From contig CM052818.1 in assembly GCA_028534125.1 (NCBI GenBank), positions 30,506,001 to 30,570,000 of the forward strand: DNA of 64,000 bases. The letters are read 5' to 3'. The notes under the pieces were generated by a model that searched no databases, was not told the DNA's origin, and was given only the letters and a program-made list of their open reading frames with translations. Positions 60,901 through 64,000 of this stretch are shown here, piece after piece. The position numbers and the translations under genes are program-made. Each line of letters opens with the position of its first letter. Within the stretch, counting starts at the first letter, position 1. This DNA comes from Lama glama (Eukaryota).

Positions 60901-63585
60901 TGATTTTATATCTTCTGAGTGGTGAATTTAGTTATTTACATTTATAGTATTTATTGATAGGCATGTGCTTACTGCCATTGTTTCACTGTTTTCTGGCTGT
61001 TTTTATAGTTCTTATCTGTTCCTTTCTTCTCTTTTTCTCTTCCCTTGTGTTATGGTGGTTTTCTTTAGTGTTATGTTCAGATTCTTCTCACTTTCTTTTA
61101 TGTATTTACTGTAAGCTTTTCCTTGTGGTTACCATGAGATTCACTTATGACATCCTATGTAAGTAGCAGTCTGTTTTAAGTTGGCAGAAACTTATATTTG
61201 AACATATTCCAAAGCTTTTTCTATACAACCCCCACATTTTATGCTTTTGATGGCATATTTTGTATCTTTATTTTATGCATCCTCTAGCTAATTATTGTAA
61301 TTTTAGTTATTTGTACTACTTTTGTCTTTTATCTTTATTTTTGTTTTATAAGTGATTGATTATCTTTATTACATATTTACTTTTTCCAGTAAAATGTTTA
61401 GTTTTGTGTGTTTCCTTATTATTAATTAGTGCCATTTCTTTTCAACTTAAAGAAGTTTCTTTAACAGTCCTTGTAGGGCTGGTTTAGTGGTGGTGAACTC
61501 CTTTAGCTTTTACTTACCTGGTGAACTCTTGATCTTTCCTTCATTTCTGAATGATAACCTTGCTGGGTAGAGAATTCTCGGTTGAAAGTTTTTTCCTTTC
61601 AGCACTTTGAGTTATGTCATGCCACTCCCTTCTGTCCTATAATTTTTCCCTCAAAAAAATCTTCTAATAACCTTGTGAGGTTTCTCTTGTATGTAACCAA
61701 TTGTTTTTCTCTTACTGCTTTTAGAATTACCTCTTTATCCTTAACTTTTACCATTTTAAATATAGTGTGTCTTGGCGAGAGTCTTTTTGGGTTCACCTCT
61801 TTCTGAACTCTCTGGGCTTCCTGGACCTGGATGTTTGTTTCTTTCCCTAGATTAGGGAAATTTTCAACCACTACTTCTCTAAATAATTTTTCTGGTACTT
61901 TTTCTCTGTCATCTCCTTTTGGAACTCCTGTAATGTGAATGTTATTCCATTTGATGTTGTTCCAAAAAGTCCCTTAAAGTATCTTCACTTTTAAAATTCT
62001 TTGTTTATTTTGCTACTCAGTCTGGATGAGTTCCTTTTTTGTCTTGTTTTGTTTTCCAGATCATTGATTCATTTATCTACCTCATCTCATCTGCTGTTGA
62101 GCCCTTCTAGTGTATTTCAGTTCAGTTGTAACTTCTGTTTAGTGTTCTCTATTTCTTTATTGAAATTTTCACTGTGCTCATCAGTTTTTCTTTTGAGTGC
62201 AGTAAATATTTTTATGATTGTTACTTTGAACTTTTTATCACATAGATTGTTTATTTCCATTTCATTCAGATCTTTTTCTGAGGTTTTGGCTTATTCTTTT
62301 TATTGGAACATATATCTCTGTATTCTCACTTTCCCCTATTCTTTGTGTTTGTTTCTATATATTAGGTATATTAATTTCTCTCTTAGTCTTAAAGGAGTGT
62401 TCTTATTTAAGAGATGTATTGTGGGACTCAGAGGTGCAATCCAGAGCCAGGTGCTCAAGGAGTATACCCTACATGTACTGTTGTATTGGGGCTGCTGGTG
62501 TGGTGCATTGGTGGGTGGGGCTGATCCCAACCCAAGATGGCTATGGGAATCTAGTCACAGCTGCTGTGGTATACTGGTGGGTGGAGCTCTCCCCTGGACC
62601 AGCTGCAGAGTTCTGTTTTGGCTGCTGCATTATGTTGGTGGGTGGGGCTGGCCCCCAGACTGACTTCCCATGACTGCTGTGTGTGCTGGTGAGCCTGTCA
62701 ATTGAAATACTGTAACATCCAGCCAAGGCACAGAAGTGGGCAGGGCTCTCACCAAGGTGCATGCACTTGTACCAACACATTTCAGGGAGAAATTCAAAAT
62801 GGCACATGACTGTTCTATGGTTAGCAAGGTAGCCTGAGATAGCAAAAATGGTTTCCACCAGTGTCTTAGTGGTGGAAGGATCATTTCAGCTGGTTTCTAC
62901 CTCTCCAGCTGATGCTTCAGGATTAGTAAGTGGGTGTTCTTCATCTATAGTCCATGTACTTAAAAAAATTTTGGCGGGGGAGACCAGGGAAGTAATTAGG
63001 TTTATTTATTTATTTTGTTTATAATGGTGATACTGGGGATTGTACCCAGGACTTCATGTGTGCTAAGCATGCATTTTACCACTGAGGTATACCCTCCTAC
63101 CATGTGCTTTTTAATCTGTTATTTTTGTGCTGGTTTTGGGGTTGAGTGAGTTTGCATATGAGCCCTTTAAGAGTGATATTTTACCATTTCCTAAAAGTTT
63201 TCTAATTTTCCTAGGTGTATTCCATCTTGGTTTTCAAAGCCAGGTGTTTTGGGGGCTTGTCTCTCCTATGCATGATCTAGATGTTTGGGTGCTTGATGTG
63301 GAGCTTGAATCCCTTGGTCCTCAAGGAAAATATCCATACCTGCGTGATCCCTTTTGATTATGAATCACCACAGCTGGGTAAGATCTTTCCTTGGTGAGAC
63401 CATCCCTCTGCCTCTCCTACCTGTCTCAGTTCTGTCCTTTTATATTTTGTTGTGGAGGTTCTGTTCATTCAGTTTTCAGGTCCCTTTCCAAGGGAATTAT
63501 TCCATGTGTAGTTGTAAGTTAGTTTTGTCCATGGGAGTCAGTGAGTTTATAATCTTCCTATGTTGCTATCTTGAGCCCTCCCCTC
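60900..63585 (-). mobile_element. L1 5' half: inter-ORF region, ORF1 remnant and 5'UTR
   Basis: ORF 61617-61871 (ENFPNLGKETNIQVQEAQRV...PRH..KVKDKEVILKAVREK) is L1 ORF1p. The 5' terminus is near 63585. Confidence 0.9.
62962..63099 (-). mobile_element. Camelid tRNA-derived SINE (Vic-1-like) nested in the L1 5'UTR
   Basis: Reverse complement of the SINE at 28441. TSD ccatgt(a/g)ctt at 62952-62961 and 63100-63109. Confidence 0.88.
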
Positions 63586-63689
63586 CATGATTCTTTTCTT
63601 GGAACTATCCAGTCTTAACAAGCCCATCAAAACAATTCTTCATTTCTATTTTCATATATTTTATTTCTAGCATTTCCATGTAACTATTG

Positions 63690-63827
63690 TTTTTTTTTAC
63701 ATTTTTTATTGAGTTATAGTCATTTTACAATGTTGTGTCAAATTCCAGTGTAGAGCACAATTTTTCAGTTATACATGAACAAACAGATATTCATTGTCAC
63801 ATTTTTTTTCACTGTGAGCTATCACAA
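63690..63827 (-). mobile_element. Short young camelid-type L1 3' tail inside an older L1
   Basis: Antisense match to the 3' end of the L1 at 25920-26040 ('ttccagtgtagagcacaatttttcagttatacatgaac...tcattgtcaca'). Confidence 0.85.
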
Positions 63828-64000
63828 TTCATTTAACTCTTTCCTGTAATTTCCAACTTTCTTCTGAACTTTCCCTATTCATGCATTTTGTTCACCTTTT
63901 CTACTACAGACTGTAATATATCAACTATAGTTGTTAAATTCCTTGCCTATTCCTTCAATATCTGAATCATCTCTGGGTCTGTTTCATTGATTGCTCTTTC

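Noticed and set aside
62001..62663. Longest ORF (220 aa, hydrophobic)
   Set aside because: It is the antisense reading of A-rich L1 ORF1/5'UTR. The Phe/Leu/Ser richness is a strand-composition artefact.
1..64000. Prokaryotic-type systems (CRISPR arrays, operons, defence systems) and rRNA
   Set aside because: The sequence is mammalian and repeat-rich. No regularly spaced repeat-spacer array, operon-like gene density or rRNA sequence was seen.

Overview
This is mammalian genomic DNA, most likely from a camelid. The evidence is two camelid-type tRNA-derived SINEs and young camelid-type L1 3' ends. The window is repeat-dense and apparently intergenic or intronic, and I can support no intact protein-coding gene. 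Every recognisable ORF is a LINE-1, DNA-transposon or LTR-retrotransposon remnant. Content includes many L1 fragments of different ages, L2, MIR, MaLR/ERV LTRs, hAT and Tigger DNA transposons, microsatellites and a 100-N assembly gap. Two things stand out. (1) A heavily decayed but colinear Gypsy/Metaviridae pol fossil (protease-RT-RNase H, minus strand, ~43.65-45.46 kb) is almost invisible in the ORF track. Its motifs resemble the vertebrate Gypsy lineage related to PNMA gag genes. (2) A small CpG island (~39.19-39.51 kb) has no recognisable coding exon but carries a perfect MTF-1 metal-response element, a second MRE, and GC-box, YY1 and CTCF motifs. It is a candidate zinc-responsive promoter or enhancer. 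Repeat family names are from recalled consensus sequences, not database searches, and boundaries are approximate unless TSDs are given.
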